Assembly (NCBI GenBank): GCA_050008535.1
Contig: JBEKML010000002.1
Span: 24,732 to 88,731, forward strand
Direction: 5' to 3'
DNA from: Minisyncoccia bacterium
GTDB lineage: Bacteria; Patescibacteriota; Minisyncoccia; UBA6257; 2-01-FULL-56-20
DNA length: 64,000 nucleotides
Shown here: piece by piece, positions 47,025 to 56,176 of the stretch
Position numbering within the stretch: the stretch's first letter is position 1
Layout of the letters: the number at the start of each line of letters is the position of its first letter
Program-made: the position numbers and the translations under genes
The notes under the pieces: generated by a model
The model's input: only the letters and a program-made list of their open reading frames with translations
Database searches by the model: none
Told to the model about the DNA's origin: nothing

Positions 47025-48980
47025 CTAGAAGAGCGTAACGGTCAGCGACACCGGTTGTGAGGTCGTGCCGCCGGGACCCTTGCATTTCAGGGTCCCTTTG
47101 AGGGTCATTGGAGGCGTCCAGAGAGGTACCGCAATCGTCACGGAGTTGTTGACGGGTTGCTTGCCCTCGATGTCGCCCGACGCAACGCAGGAATCTGCAT
47201 CGGTCGTTTTCCACGTGATGGTCGCTGTCTCTCCTGCGCGAACTTTCTCGGGGGAGACGGAAAGGGTGATCGTCGGCTTTGGCGAAGCGGATTCTGATCC
47301 GACATCCGCGGGAGCGTCATCAGTAGGGTTCCTCGCGATGAAGATCATATTCCCATCAGAGCCGGGACGGGGACGACGGGAAACGTTTGCCATCTGCCCG
47401 CTACTGCCGCCACCGCTCATCAGAAGCGCTTGGCACTCGTTCGCCGCACACGCATACATCTGTGTGCCATCGGGCGAGACACCAAACCCAACTGCGAGCA
47501 GGTTGCTCGTTACTGACAGGTTCGTGGCCGTACCGGTCTTCGCGTCCACCGAGATGAACCGCGAGAGGCCGGCGACGGGGTCGGCGATAGCAACAAGAAT
47601 ACTGCCGTGCGTTTCGTCCGCTGCGATCCGGATAGGGGACAGTCCATCCCCCAGGATCGCACGGAGATCCACACGCTTGGTCTCCTTCATCGTCGCGATG
47701 TCAAAGATGACCAGTTGCTTGTCGGGCTGGGCAAGGAACGCCCCAGTGCCGACCGCGGGTCCCGAATTGAAGGCGGCGAGTTGCCATCCGCCAGCAGTCG
47801 CGCTGGCATCGGCTCCTACCTGGGTGATCCCGGGGAGGAACAGAAATCCCTTGGTGCTCATGTCGGGAACCGAGATTCGCCAAAGGGTTGAATCCCCGCG
47901 CGAGTAGACGATAGCATCCAGCTCTTTGCCGAGTTGCGCCATCGTGAGCGACCACGGATAGCTGCCGACCGACGTTGAGATCATCGATGGCGTGTCTTGG
48001 GCTAGATCAAAACTCGATACTAGCCCATCTTTGGGTTGAGTGACGCAGGCATAACCACTTCTGGCCGCTACGGCCATGGTCTGCTTACCATTGTATGCCG
48101 TGTGCACTCCGCTGGCGTTCGTCCAATCAACCACCATACTGCCAGCGCCCGCGCGTACGATTGACTTCGTTGTTTCGTCGTATGCTATGCCGCTGCCCCC
48201 TTCCGTCAAAAACCCATTCGGGGTCACGGTGGTTCCCGGGCCGACCAGGAATTTCCAGATATGCTGTTGCTTGTCGTCGGTGAGTGTTCCCTGTTGCAGT
48301 TGGAATAGCTTTCCTGACGAATCAAGCGCGAGTGTGTTCTGGTTCCCCTGGTAGCCGAAACTCATCGAGTTCGAGGTGCCTGCCGGACACTTCACTGACC
48401 AGCGGTAGAACTGCGGCGGCGACCAGCTAAAACTGAGGGTCACCCAGATTTTGTTGGGGGCCGTTCCTTCCAAGAGGGTCAGATCCACCCATGGATCTGC
48501 CAGGTGCAGCACGCACCCTGCGGCGAACCCAGACCCGTTGATCTGGATATTGCCGATGACCGATCCCCCGTCATCAAGATAGACCACATTCGGCGTGATC
48601 GAACTGATTACTGGGACCGGTGGCGTCACCGTGAGTGTCATTGAGGCGCTCTTTGTCGGGTCTTGCGTGGATGTCGCTGTTACCACGACCGTCATTGACG
48701 TCGTCGTGGACGGGGGGGTGAACAGCCCGCTTCCGGTGATCGTGCCCGCGCTCGCGGACCATGTCACCGCGGAACTGTAATTCCCCGTACCCGTTACTGA
48801 CGCCGAACATTGGGATGTCGCACCGCTTACGATCGTCGCCGGTGAGCACGTGATGCCCACCGATGTGATGGTAATGGGCGTGGGGGTGACTCCGCCGCTG
48901 GAACTTCCACCACCACTGGGGCAACCCGTCCCTGCCACGATGGCAAGGACGAGGATAGTCCAAAGAACACTCGTTTTCAT
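47025..48980 (-). CDS. lipoprotein-like surface protein: Big_2 Ig-like domain + beta-propeller-like region + C-terminal Ig-like domain
   Basis: Signal + LAIVAGTGC lipobox-like Cys; ITCSPATIVSGATSQCSASVTGTGNYSSAVTWSAS Big_2 motif; C-terminal domain resembles adhesin repeat. Confidence 0.65.
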   Translation of the reverse strand: MKTSVLWTILVLAIVAGTGCPSGGGSSSGGVTPTPITITSVGITCSPATIVSGATSQCSASVTGTGNYSSAVTWSASAGTITGSGLFTPPSTTTSMTVVVTATSTQDPTKSASMTLTVTPPVPVISSITPNVVYLDDGGSVIGNIQINGSGFAAGCVLHLADPWVDLTLLEGTAPNKIWVTLSFSWSPPQFYRWSVKCPAGTSNSMSFGYQGNQNTLALDSSGKLFQLQQGTLTDDKQQHIWKFLVGPGTTVTPNGFLTEGGSGIAYDETTKSIVRAGAGSMVVDWTNASGVHTAYNGKQTMAVAARSGYACVTQPKDGLVSSFDLAQDTPSMISTSVGSYPWSLTMAQLGKELDAIVYSRGDSTLWRISVPDMSTKGFLFLPGITQVGADASATAGGWQLAAFNSGPAVGTGAFLAQPDKQLVIFDIATMKETKRVDLRAILGDGLSPIRIAADETHGSILVAIADPVAGLSRFISVDAKTGTATNLSVTSNLLAVGFGVSPDGTQMYACAANECQALLMSGGGSSGQMANVSRRPRPGSDGNMIFIARNPTDDAPADVGSESASPKPTITLSVSPEKVRAGETATITWKTTDADSCVASGDIEGKQPVNNSVTIAVPLWTPPMTLKGTLKCKGPGGTTSQPVSLTVTLF

Positions 48981-49179
48981 TATTTGTCCGTCCTTTCAAG
49001 TGGCAGGGGCTTGATGTCCCTGCTTCTAACCACAATTATACTACATACAACCCTATCTTGTCAAATCGGCAAAAATGTGTGAATATGTGGGCAAAACTTG
49101 AACTCGCAAACGCACGCGCTTCTTTTCAAACCCCGTGGAATCTGCTAGATTTTCATTGGAGCGCAGGCGTTACGGGCGC

Positions 49180-49251
49180 GCCGGAGTAGCTCAATGGCAG
49201 AGCAATGCTTTCGTAAAGCAGAGGTTGGAGGTTCGACTCCTCTCTCCGGCT
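49180..49251 (+). tRNA. tRNA-Thr (CGU)
   Basis: Identical to tRNA-Thr(UGU) at 41257 except anticodon arm (...GAGCAATGCTTTCGTAAAGCAGAGG...); anticodon loop TTCGTAA. Confidence 0.8.
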
Positions 49252-49259
49252 CCACTATA

Positions 49260-49622
49260 ATGAAGATAATGCGAGGAAGAGATGTTTCGAGCGGTAGTCT
49301 TTTTGGCGAATCGGGGCCGGGAGAAGGAGGCCCTTTGGCGCCAGGGTACCACTTCAACGAGGGGGGAGAAATAATTGATGATAAGGGGGATGTCTATAAC
49401 GGTGACTATACGCTGAAGCGCAAGGCGCTCGATCCGTATTTCGAAAAGGCGCTTAACTCGGTTCGCGAGAATCTTCAGAACGAAGGAAGAAATGAGCCGG
49501 AAGAATTTGTGAGACAACTTGCCCGCATAGAAGCGGCGCAAGCGAGGGCGGAAGATAAGAGAAAAGAAAAGGAACAGAAACGCGCGGAAAGGGCAAGAGC
49601 GCGGGAAGCGAAGCAGAATTAA
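49260..49622 (+). CDS. hypothetical protein with Lys/Glu/Arg-rich C-terminal tail
   Basis: 120-aa ORF starting 9 nt after tRNA; ORF-track start 49194 lies inside the tRNA. Confidence 0.45.
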   Translation: MKIMRGRDVSSGSLFGESGPGEGGPLAPGYHFNEGGEIIDDKGDVYNGDYTLKRKALDPYFEKALNSVRENLQNEGRNEPEEFVRQLARIEAAQARAEDKRKEKEQKRAERARAREAKQN

Positions 49623-49630
49623 AGATAACC

Positions 49631-50702
49631 ATGAAAGAAATCGAGAACCTTGAAGCATTGCAGTCCGAAGCCCGCCGGCTGGGCGGGCGTCTTTGACCTT
49701 GCGGCAAAAGAAAAAAGAATAGGGGAGTTGGAGGCGGAGATGGCGTCCACAGTGTTTTGGAAAAATCGCGAGGCGGCGGATGAAAAGATCCGCGAACTCG
49801 GCATTCTCAATGACGTCGTAAAACGCTACCGTGAAATTGAGAGCGGCATCGCCGCGCTTGAACGCGGACGCACGGCGGGCGCGGGCGCCGACTCCGGTGC
49901 CGCCGGCAATCTTGACGAAGGAACATTCTACGAGCTTAAAAAGAAATTCAGGGACTTTGAACTGAAGCAGCTTTTCACGGGACGGTACGATGCGCAAGCG
50001 GCGGTGCTTTCTATCTATCCGGGCGCGGGCGGCGAGGATGCGGAAGATTGGGCGCGGATGCTCGGCCTCATGTATGAAAATTACGCGAAGCGGCGCGGAT
50101 GGAAAATACGGGTGGTCGACGACAATATCCGTTCGCGCACGATCGAAATAAAAGGGGAGCATGCCTATGGGTATCTAAAAAAAGAATCCGGCGTGCACCG
50201 GCTCGTGCGCATCTCCCCGTTCTCGCCGAAAAAACTGCGGCATACTTCATTCGCGCTTATTGAAGTAGTTCCCGACCTGCCGCCGCTTGAAGAGTCAAAA
50301 TTGCAGATCCCCGAAAAGGACCTGAAAGTTGAATTTTATCGTTCGGGCGGTCCCGGCGGACAGAACGTGAACAAGGTGGAAACGGCCGTGCGCGTGGTGC
50401 ATGTGCCGACCGGACTCGCCGTGAGCTCGCAGGCGCAGCGGTCACAGGCCCAGAACCGCGAATATGCGCTGAAACTTCTGAAAGCGAAACTTTTCCACCT
50501 CATGGAAAAAGAAAAAGTGAGCGAGATCAGCGCCCTGCGTGTGAAGGTGAAGCCGGAATGGGGGAACCAGATCCGTTCCTACGTATTAAACCCCTATCAA
50601 TTGGTAAAAGACCACCGCACCGAAGTAGAAACAGCGAAGGTAGAAGGTGTTTTGGCGGGCGATCTGGACCTTTTCATTGAAGCGGAACTGGAAATGTTAT
50701 AG
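49631..50702 (+). CDS. prfB: peptide chain release factor 2 with programmed +1 frameshift (frame 0: 49631-49693, shift at CTT TGA C 49691-49697, frame +1 to 50702)
   Basis: Frame-0 MKEIENLEALQSEARRLGGRL then in-frame TGA at 49694; +1 frame continues DLAAKEKRIGEL...SGGPGGQNVNKVETAVR (GGQ motif); GGGCGGG upstream of CTTTGAC. Confidence 0.9.
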
Positions 50703-50725
50703 AATATGAACAAAAGGCAAATTTC

Positions 50726-51415
50726 ATGATCGTTTTTCAGGGAGTTTCAAAACATTATGGCAACGGGATGCCAAGCGTTGCGCTTGAAGATGTGACGTTC
50801 CAGGTTGATCCCGGGGAGTTTGTGTCCCTCGCGGGGAGATCGGGCGCGGGGAAATCAACCGTCATCAAGCTTCTGATCGGCGAGGAAAAACCTTCCAAGG
50901 GACGGGTGTTTTTCGGCCAATACGAGGTGAACAAGCTTGAAGACAAGGATTTGCCTGCTTTCCGCCGGCACATCGGCGTGGTATTCCAGGATTTCCGGCT
51001 TCTCCCTATGAAAAACGCTTACGAGAACGTAGCATTCGCGCTTGAAGTGGCGGGGCGGCCCCAGCGGGAGATCGCGGAACTCGTTCCCCAAGTTCTGGAT
51101 ATGGTCGGCTTAGGCGATAAAATGAAGAATTTCCCAAGCGAGCTTTCAGGCGGCGAACGGCAACGGGTTGCGATCGCGCGCGCGATGGTCCATCGGCCGG
51201 AGGTTGTGATCGCGGATGAGCCGACGGGCAACCTTGATCCGTTCCATACATTCGAGATCGTAAAGCTTTTGGAGAAGATCAATCAGCTGGGCACGACCGT
51301 TGTCCTTGCGACGCACGACAAGGAAGTAATCAACAGTTTGGAACGGCGGGTGATCACGCTGGACCGCGGCAGGGTCATCCGCGACGAGGCAAAAGGAAAG
51401 TATGTTTTAATATAA
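50726..51415 (+). CDS. ftsE: cell division ATP-binding protein FtsE
   Basis: ABC ATPase with GRSGAGKST Walker [15 protein letters not shown] signature, short FtsE length. Confidence 0.88.
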   Translation: MIVFQGVSKHYGNGMPSVALEDVTFQVDPGEFVSLAGRSGAGKSTVIKLLIGEEKPSKGRVFFGQYEVNKLEDKDLPAFRRHIGVVFQDFRLLPMKNAYENVAFALEVAGRPQREIAELVPQVLDMVGLGDKMKNFPSELSGGERQRVAIARAMVHRPEVVIADEPTGNLDPFHTFEIVKLLEKINQLGTTVVLATHDKEVINSLERRVITLDRGRVIRDEAKGKYVLI

Positions 51416-51417
51416 CC

Positions 51418-52329
51418 ATGTTCACCGTTGTCTCGCGCATTTTCCAATTTGGGTTCAAGAATTTCTGGCGGAACGGCTGGCTTTCCACGGCGACCGTGGC
51501 GATCATGACGCTTGCGCTCCTTGTGTTCGTGTCGCTCATCATGTTCGGGGTGGTCACTGACCGGGCGGCGGCCTCCATCCAGGATAAGATAGACATCAGC
51601 GCCTATTTCAGCACGAACACTTCCGAAGACCAGATTTTGAATATCAAGCAGTCGCTTGAAGGATTGCCCGAGGTGCAGAGCGTGCAATACATTTCCCGCG
51701 ACCAGGCGCTCGAGATCTTCAAACAGAACCACGCGAACGATCCGACGGTGAGCCAGGCGATCAACGAATTGAACACGAATCCTCTTGAAGCGTCGCTCAA
51801 TGTCAAGGCAAAAGACCCGAGCCAGTATGCGGCGATCGCCCAACACTTGAGTTCGCCGGACATCGCGCAATATCTTGATGGGCAGCCGAGCTATTACGAC
51901 AATCAGAGCGTCATTGACCGCCTGGCAAAGATCGTGAAAGGGGTGGAAACCGGCGGCTTGGTCGTCACCTTCTTTCTTGCGCTCATCGCCGGACTTGTTG
52001 TTTTCAATACCGTCCGCCTTGCGATCTATTCCAACCGCGACGAGATCGGGGTCATGCGCGTCGTCGGCGCTTCCAATAGTTTGGTGCGGGGACCGTACGT
52101 GGTGGAAGGCATGATCTGCGGCACGATCGCGGCCGTGATCAGTTTGATCATCGCGGCGCCGGTGCTCTATGTCGTTTCGCCTTATCTCAATATTTTCATC
52201 CCCAACCTCAACATTTTTGAATATTTCTCCGCGCACATTGTCCGCCTGTTCGTTTACGAGCTGCTCTTCGGGATAATAATCGGTGCTTTCTCGGGTTTCA
52301 TTGCCGTGAAGCGGTACCTGAAGAACTAA
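51418..52329 (+). CDS. ftsX: cell division permease FtsX
   Basis: 4-TM FtsX topology with large periplasmic loop; follows ftsE. Confidence 0.85.
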   Translation: MFTVVSRIFQFGFKNFWRNGWLSTATVAIMTLALLVFVSLIMFGVVTDRAAASIQDKIDISAYFSTNTSEDQILNIKQSLEGLPEVQSVQYISRDQALEIFKQNHANDPTVSQAINELNTNPLEASLNVKAKDPSQYAAIAQHLSSPDIAQYLDGQPSYYDNQSVIDRLAKIVKGVETGGLVVTFFLALIAGLVVFNTVRLAIYSNRDEIGVMRVVGASNSLVRGPYVVEGMICGTIAAVISLIIAAPVLYVVSPYLNIFIPNLNIFEYFSAHIVRLFVYELLFGIIIGAFSGFIAVKRYLKN

Positions 52330-52332
52330 AGG

Positions 52333-52875
52333 CTAAAACCGCATATCGTACCAATCCAATCCGTAGATTTCTTGGATGAGGATTCTCTCGCCCTTGGCCC
52401 ACGTCCGATTTTTTTCTAGGCCGAGCAGTGTCACGCCCTCTTTTACGTGTTCTTCGCTTTTGCCCTCTATTTCCAAATACGGTGGCATTTTGGGGTAGAG
52501 GTCTATTTCAAAGACCCAATCTTTCAGCGCGAACGACGTTCGTTCTTTGTCCTGGTGCGCATATTTTTCAAGTCCGATCATCAAAAAAAGATCGGCTAGT
52601 TTCTCCGGCTCTGCGACCGTAAAATTTATTTCCTTATGCGTCCGTGCGGTGCCCAGGATGTCCGACTTTCCCTTCCACGTGACCTCATGTTTTCCGGCGC
52701 TATTGGAACGGATGCGCAAAAACCATGGATCTTTTCCCTCCTTCACTCCTATCGTCCGATACCAATCCACCCGCAAAACGGTTTCCTGTGTTTTTTGGGC
52801 CCCAAGCGCCGCGAGTTTTTCCTTTACCGCATCGGCGTCGATGTCCAGAACTGTCGTTTCGGTTTCGTGTGCCAT
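52333..52875 (-). CDS. CYTH-domain protein (triphosphate tunnel metalloenzyme family), paralog 1, degenerate N-terminal ExExK (ETETT)
   Basis: LRIRSNSAGK, YLEIEGKSEE motifs shared with paralogs 2 and 3. Confidence 0.65.
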   Translation of the reverse strand: MAHETETTVLDIDADAVKEKLAALGAQKTQETVLRVDWYRTIGVKEGKDPWFLRIRSNSAGKHEVTWKGKSDILGTARTHKEINFTVAEPEKLADLFLMIGLEKYAHQDKERTSFALKDWVFEIDLYPKMPPYLEIEGKSEEHVKEGVTLLGLEKNRTWAKGERILIQEIYGLDWYDMRF

Positions 52876-52953
52876 TTCGTCTTGTGTTGCTATTTTAACA
52901 AGTTTATACTTGAAGTAAAATCTTTACTTTTGCGGTCGGTATATAATAAATCC

Positions 52954-53469
52954 ATGGAGGAAATTGAATTGACGTATCTTGCGCGGGCGCTGCCTCCGGG
53001 CATTCTAAGTGCTCCGCGCAAAGAAATGCTTGATATTTATATTCCCGCGTCGGCGGAGCATCCTGATCTGCGGATACGGAGGGTCGGCGAAAAGTGCGAG
53101 ATCACCAAAAAGCGGCCGATCAAAGATGGGGATGCCTCCCATCAAATGGAAAACACCATTCCGCTCACGAAAGAAGAATACGAAGAGATGAGCCAGCTGA
53201 AAGGGAAGCGGACCAGAAAAACCCGCTACTATTACGAAGAAGGCGGAGCGCGGTATGAAGTTGATATATTTCGGGACGATCTTGCAGGGCTTGTGCTTGT
53301 TGATATTGAATTTGATTCACTGGAAAAGAAAAAGAGTTTTCATCCGCCAGCATGGTGCCTTGCGGAGGTGACGCAGGAGAAATTCCTTGCGGGCGGGATG
53401 GTTTGCGGGAAGCGGTATGCGGACATTGAGCCGCAGCTCGCCAAGTTCAACTATAAAAAGATCCTGTGA
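52954..53469 (+). CDS. CYTH-domain protein, paralog 2 (EIELT in place of ExExK)
   Basis: LRIRRVGEK, VDIEFDSLEKK; TATAAT ends 6 nt before ATG (leaderless-type). Confidence 0.65.
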   Translation: MEEIELTYLARALPPGILSAPRKEMLDIYIPASAEHPDLRIRRVGEKCEITKKRPIKDGDASHQMENTIPLTKEEYEEMSQLKGKRTRKTRYYYEEGGARYEVDIFRDDLAGLVLVDIEFDSLEKKKSFHPPAWCLAEVTQEKFLAGGMVCGKRYADIEPQLAKFNYKKIL

Positions 53470-53624
53470 AAAATTACGCAAAGGTAGGCAACCGCGCCGG
53501 ACGGCCCGCGTACCGCACCGCCTCGCAATTTCGATACAAGAAACAGGCAACCGTTTTAAAAACCAAAGCGGCAGAACGTAAACGGTTCAAACCCGGCCGC
53601 GGATGAATTTGATATACTCAACGG

Positions 53625-54215
53625 ATGAATATTGAATACGAAGCGAAGTTCTTAGACGTTGACAAGGATGAAATCAGGGGGCGTCTAAGGAATGCGGGAG
53701 CTGACCTCGTGCGGCCTGAATACCTGCAAAAAAGAATCCCGTTTCATCTTCCTAAAAACAAACGCTCAAAAGACGCCTGGCTTCGCGTTCGAGACGAGGG
53801 TGACAAAATAACCCTAAGCCTGAAAGTAGTAGACGGCGAAAAGATAGAAAACCAAAAGGAAATTTGCCTTAATGTCAGCAGTTTTGACGACGCCGTAAAA
53901 CTACTTGAAGCTATCGGTTGTGAACCGAAATCGTATCAGGAAACAAAGCGAGAGCTGTGGAAACTTGACGGAGTTGATATTACTATCGACGAATGGCCTT
54001 TTCTTGAGCCGTTCGTTGAAGTTGAAGGCTCGTCGGAGGAAGTAGTGAAAAGAGTTTCAGAAAAGATCGGATTCAATTATACTGACGCTCTCTTCTGCGC
54101 TGTCGGCAAGCTGTATCAAATGAAATACCATATTCATCCGGACGAAATAAACACTGCGTCAAAAATAGTTTTTGATATGGAAAATCCGTTTAGACGGCCT
54201 TCGGCCGGGTTCTAA
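53625..54215 (+). CDS. CYTH-domain protein, paralog 3 (canonical EYEAKFL ExExK motif)
   Basis: IEYEAKFLDVD, LRVRDEGDK, FVEVEGSSEE; TATACT ends 6 nt before ATG. Confidence 0.7.
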   Translation: MNIEYEAKFLDVDKDEIRGRLRNAGADLVRPEYLQKRIPFHLPKNKRSKDAWLRVRDEGDKITLSLKVVDGEKIENQKEICLNVSSFDDAVKLLEAIGCEPKSYQETKRELWKLDGVDITIDEWPFLEPFVEVEGSSEEVVKRVSEKIGFNYTDALFCAVGKLYQMKYHIHPDEINTASKIVFDMENPFRRPSAGF

Positions 54216-54261
54216 CGTTATCCATACCCGAAAAGGCAATTTCGTGTTATTATCTCCTCGT

Positions 54262-55020
54262 ATGCCGCAAATTTCCCTTCGCGCGGAAGAGATTTTTCAC
54301 ATCGGGAGCTTCCCGGTGACGAACGCAGTCCTTTTATCCACGATCGTACTGGTACTCCTTGCGGTGTTCGCCGTAGCGCTGCGGCGGAAACTTTCCTTCA
54401 TACCGGGCATGGTCCAGAACGTGATGGAGCTTATTATAGAGGGGGCGCTCTCGCTCATGGACTCGGTGCTTGGCAACCGGAAAACCTCCGAAAAATATAT
54501 GCCGATCGTTTTTACGGTATTCCTTTTCGTCCTGTGCTCCAATTGGCTCGGCCTGTTCCCGGGCGTGAGTTCGGTCGTAGTGCGTGAGGGAGCGGAAAGC
54601 GTGCCGCTCCTGCGCTCTCCCGCGAGCGACCTGAACTTCACCTTGGCGCTCGCCTTGATCGTGGTCACCTTCGTGAATGCGTTCGGCGTGGCGGCGGTCG
54701 GCCTGCGGAAGCGCCTCTCGGTATTCTTCAATTTCAAGGGGCCGATAGATTTTTTCATCGGCATCCTTGAACTTATCTCGGAATTTGCTAAAATTATCTC
54801 GTTCTCGTTCCGTCTCTTCGGGAACGTATTCGCGGGCGAGGTGCTCCTGGCCATCATGTCGTTCCTCGTGCCATACCTCGTGCCGCTCCCTTTTATGTTC
54901 CTGGAAATCTTCGTGGGGTTCATTCAGGCATTCATCTTCGGGATGCTCACGCTGGTCTTCGTCGCTATGGCGGTGGCCGAGCATGGCCACGAGGAAATAG
55001 AAACAGCAAAGGTCGGTTAA
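54262..55020 (+). CDS. atpB: ATP synthase F0 subunit a
   Basis: RLFGNVFAGE motif with essential Arg; 5-6 TM; ATG at 54262 (ORF-track start 54172 is upstream extension). Confidence 0.9.
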   Translation: MPQISLRAEEIFHIGSFPVTNAVLLSTIVLVLLAVFAVALRRKLSFIPGMVQNVMELIIEGALSLMDSVLGNRKTSEKYMPIVFTVFLFVLCSNWLGLFPGVSSVVVREGAESVPLLRSPASDLNFTLALALIVVTFVNAFGVAAVGLRKRLSVFFNFKGPIDFFIGILELISEFAKIISFSFRLFGNVFAGEVLLAIMSFLVPYLVPLPFMFLEIFVGFIQAFIFGMLTLVFVAMAVAEHGHEEIETAKVG

Positions 55021-55047
55021 ATCTTTATTAAAAACACATTAAAAGAA

Positions 55048-55278
55048 ATGGATATCAATAGCATTCGGTTACTCGCTACGTTCGGCGCCATCGGCATGGG
55101 CACCGTGGTCCCCGCGCTTGCGATCGGTTTGATCGGTGCGAAGGCGGTGGAAGCGATCGGGCGGAATCCCGAGGCGGCTTCCAAGGTGCAGACGATGGCA
55201 ATTTTGGCCATCGCTTTCGCGGAAGCCATCGCGATCTACGCGCTCGTCATCGCGCTCATCATTAAATTCGTACAATAA
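55048..55278 (+). CDS. atpE: ATP synthase F0 subunit c
   Basis: 76-aa hairpin proteolipid with conserved carboxylate (AFAEAIAIYALVIA). Confidence 0.92.
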   Translation: MDINSIRLLATFGAIGMGTVVPALAIGLIGAKAVEAIGRNPEAASKVQTMAILAIAFAEAIAIYALVIALIIKFVQ

Positions 55279-55289
55279 ATTATTGAGTC

Positions 55290-55793
55290 ATGCAGCAGCT
55301 TTTCGATCAATTGGGCATAGATTGGCACCTGCTTTTGAGCCAGGCGGTCAATTTTTTCTTGCTGCTCGTTGTGCTGCGGATTTTCGTGTATAAACCGCTC
55401 TTGAAGCTTTTGCATGACCGGCGCAGGAGGATTGAAGAGGGACTCGTGAAGGCCGACGAGGCGGACAAACGCCTTCTTGAGGTTGAAGAGATCGGGAAGG
55501 GGAAGATAAAAGAAGCGGAAATGCAGGCGGTGGGTATTCTAAGGAAGACCGAGGGCGACGCGAAGGAGCTTGAGGCGCGGCTGCTCGCGGAGGCGAAACG
55601 GAAGGAGGCGGAGGAACTTGCGAACGCTGCGGTAAGGCTCAAGGCGCAGGAAGCGGACTCGCGGCGGGCAACAGAGAAGGAAGCGGCCGCGATGGTGAAG
55701 CGGGCGATTGCAAAAACGGTAGAGCTTTCGCCGGAAAAAATAGACGACGCCCTGATCGCGAAAGCGGTGAAGGAGGCGGGACAAAGCGCATGA
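55290..55793 (+). CDS. atpF: ATP synthase F0 subunit b
   Basis: N-terminal TM then long charged coiled coil. Confidence 0.88.
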   Translation: MQQLFDQLGIDWHLLLSQAVNFFLLLVVLRIFVYKPLLKLLHDRRRRIEEGLVKADEADKRLLEVEEIGKGKIKEAEMQAVGILRKTEGDAKELEARLLAEAKRKEAEELANAAVRLKAQEADSRRATEKEAAAMVKRAIAKTVELSPEKIDDALIAKAVKEAGQSA

Positions 55794-56176
55794 AGTATCC
55801 AGCGCACATATATGCAAAAGCGCTTGCGGAAGCGATTACGGCGCCCGGAGCGGGCGGCGACGTCATCGCAAAGAACTTTCAGGCGCTCCTTCTGCGGAAC
55901 GGGGACGAAGCTCATGCGCGGAAGATCGTGGAGGAAGCGGCGCGGTTCGTCCGCGGGAAGCACGGAATACGGAAGGTAACGATCGAATCGGCGCGGAAAC
56001 TCGGTGCGGCGCAGCGCAAGATCGTCGCCGTGCTCACGAAGCCGGGCGACATCGTTGAATCGCGGATCGACCCGGAGCTCGTGGCGGGGATCCGGCTCAT
56101 CGTGAACGACGAACTGCAGTTTGATGGATCACTTAAGGGGAAGCTGGACAAGATTTTTGAAATATCTCATCTCTAA
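55790..56176 (+). CDS. atpH: ATP synthase F1 delta subunit (short, 128 aa)
   Basis: Position between atpF and atpA; OSCP-like C-terminal motif. Confidence 0.75.
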   Translation: MKYPAHIYAKALAEAITAPGAGGDVIAKNFQALLLRNGDEAHARKIVEEAARFVRGKHGIRKVTIESARKLGAAQRKIVAVLTKPGDIVESRIDPELVAGIRLIVNDELQFDGSLKGKLDKIFEISHL

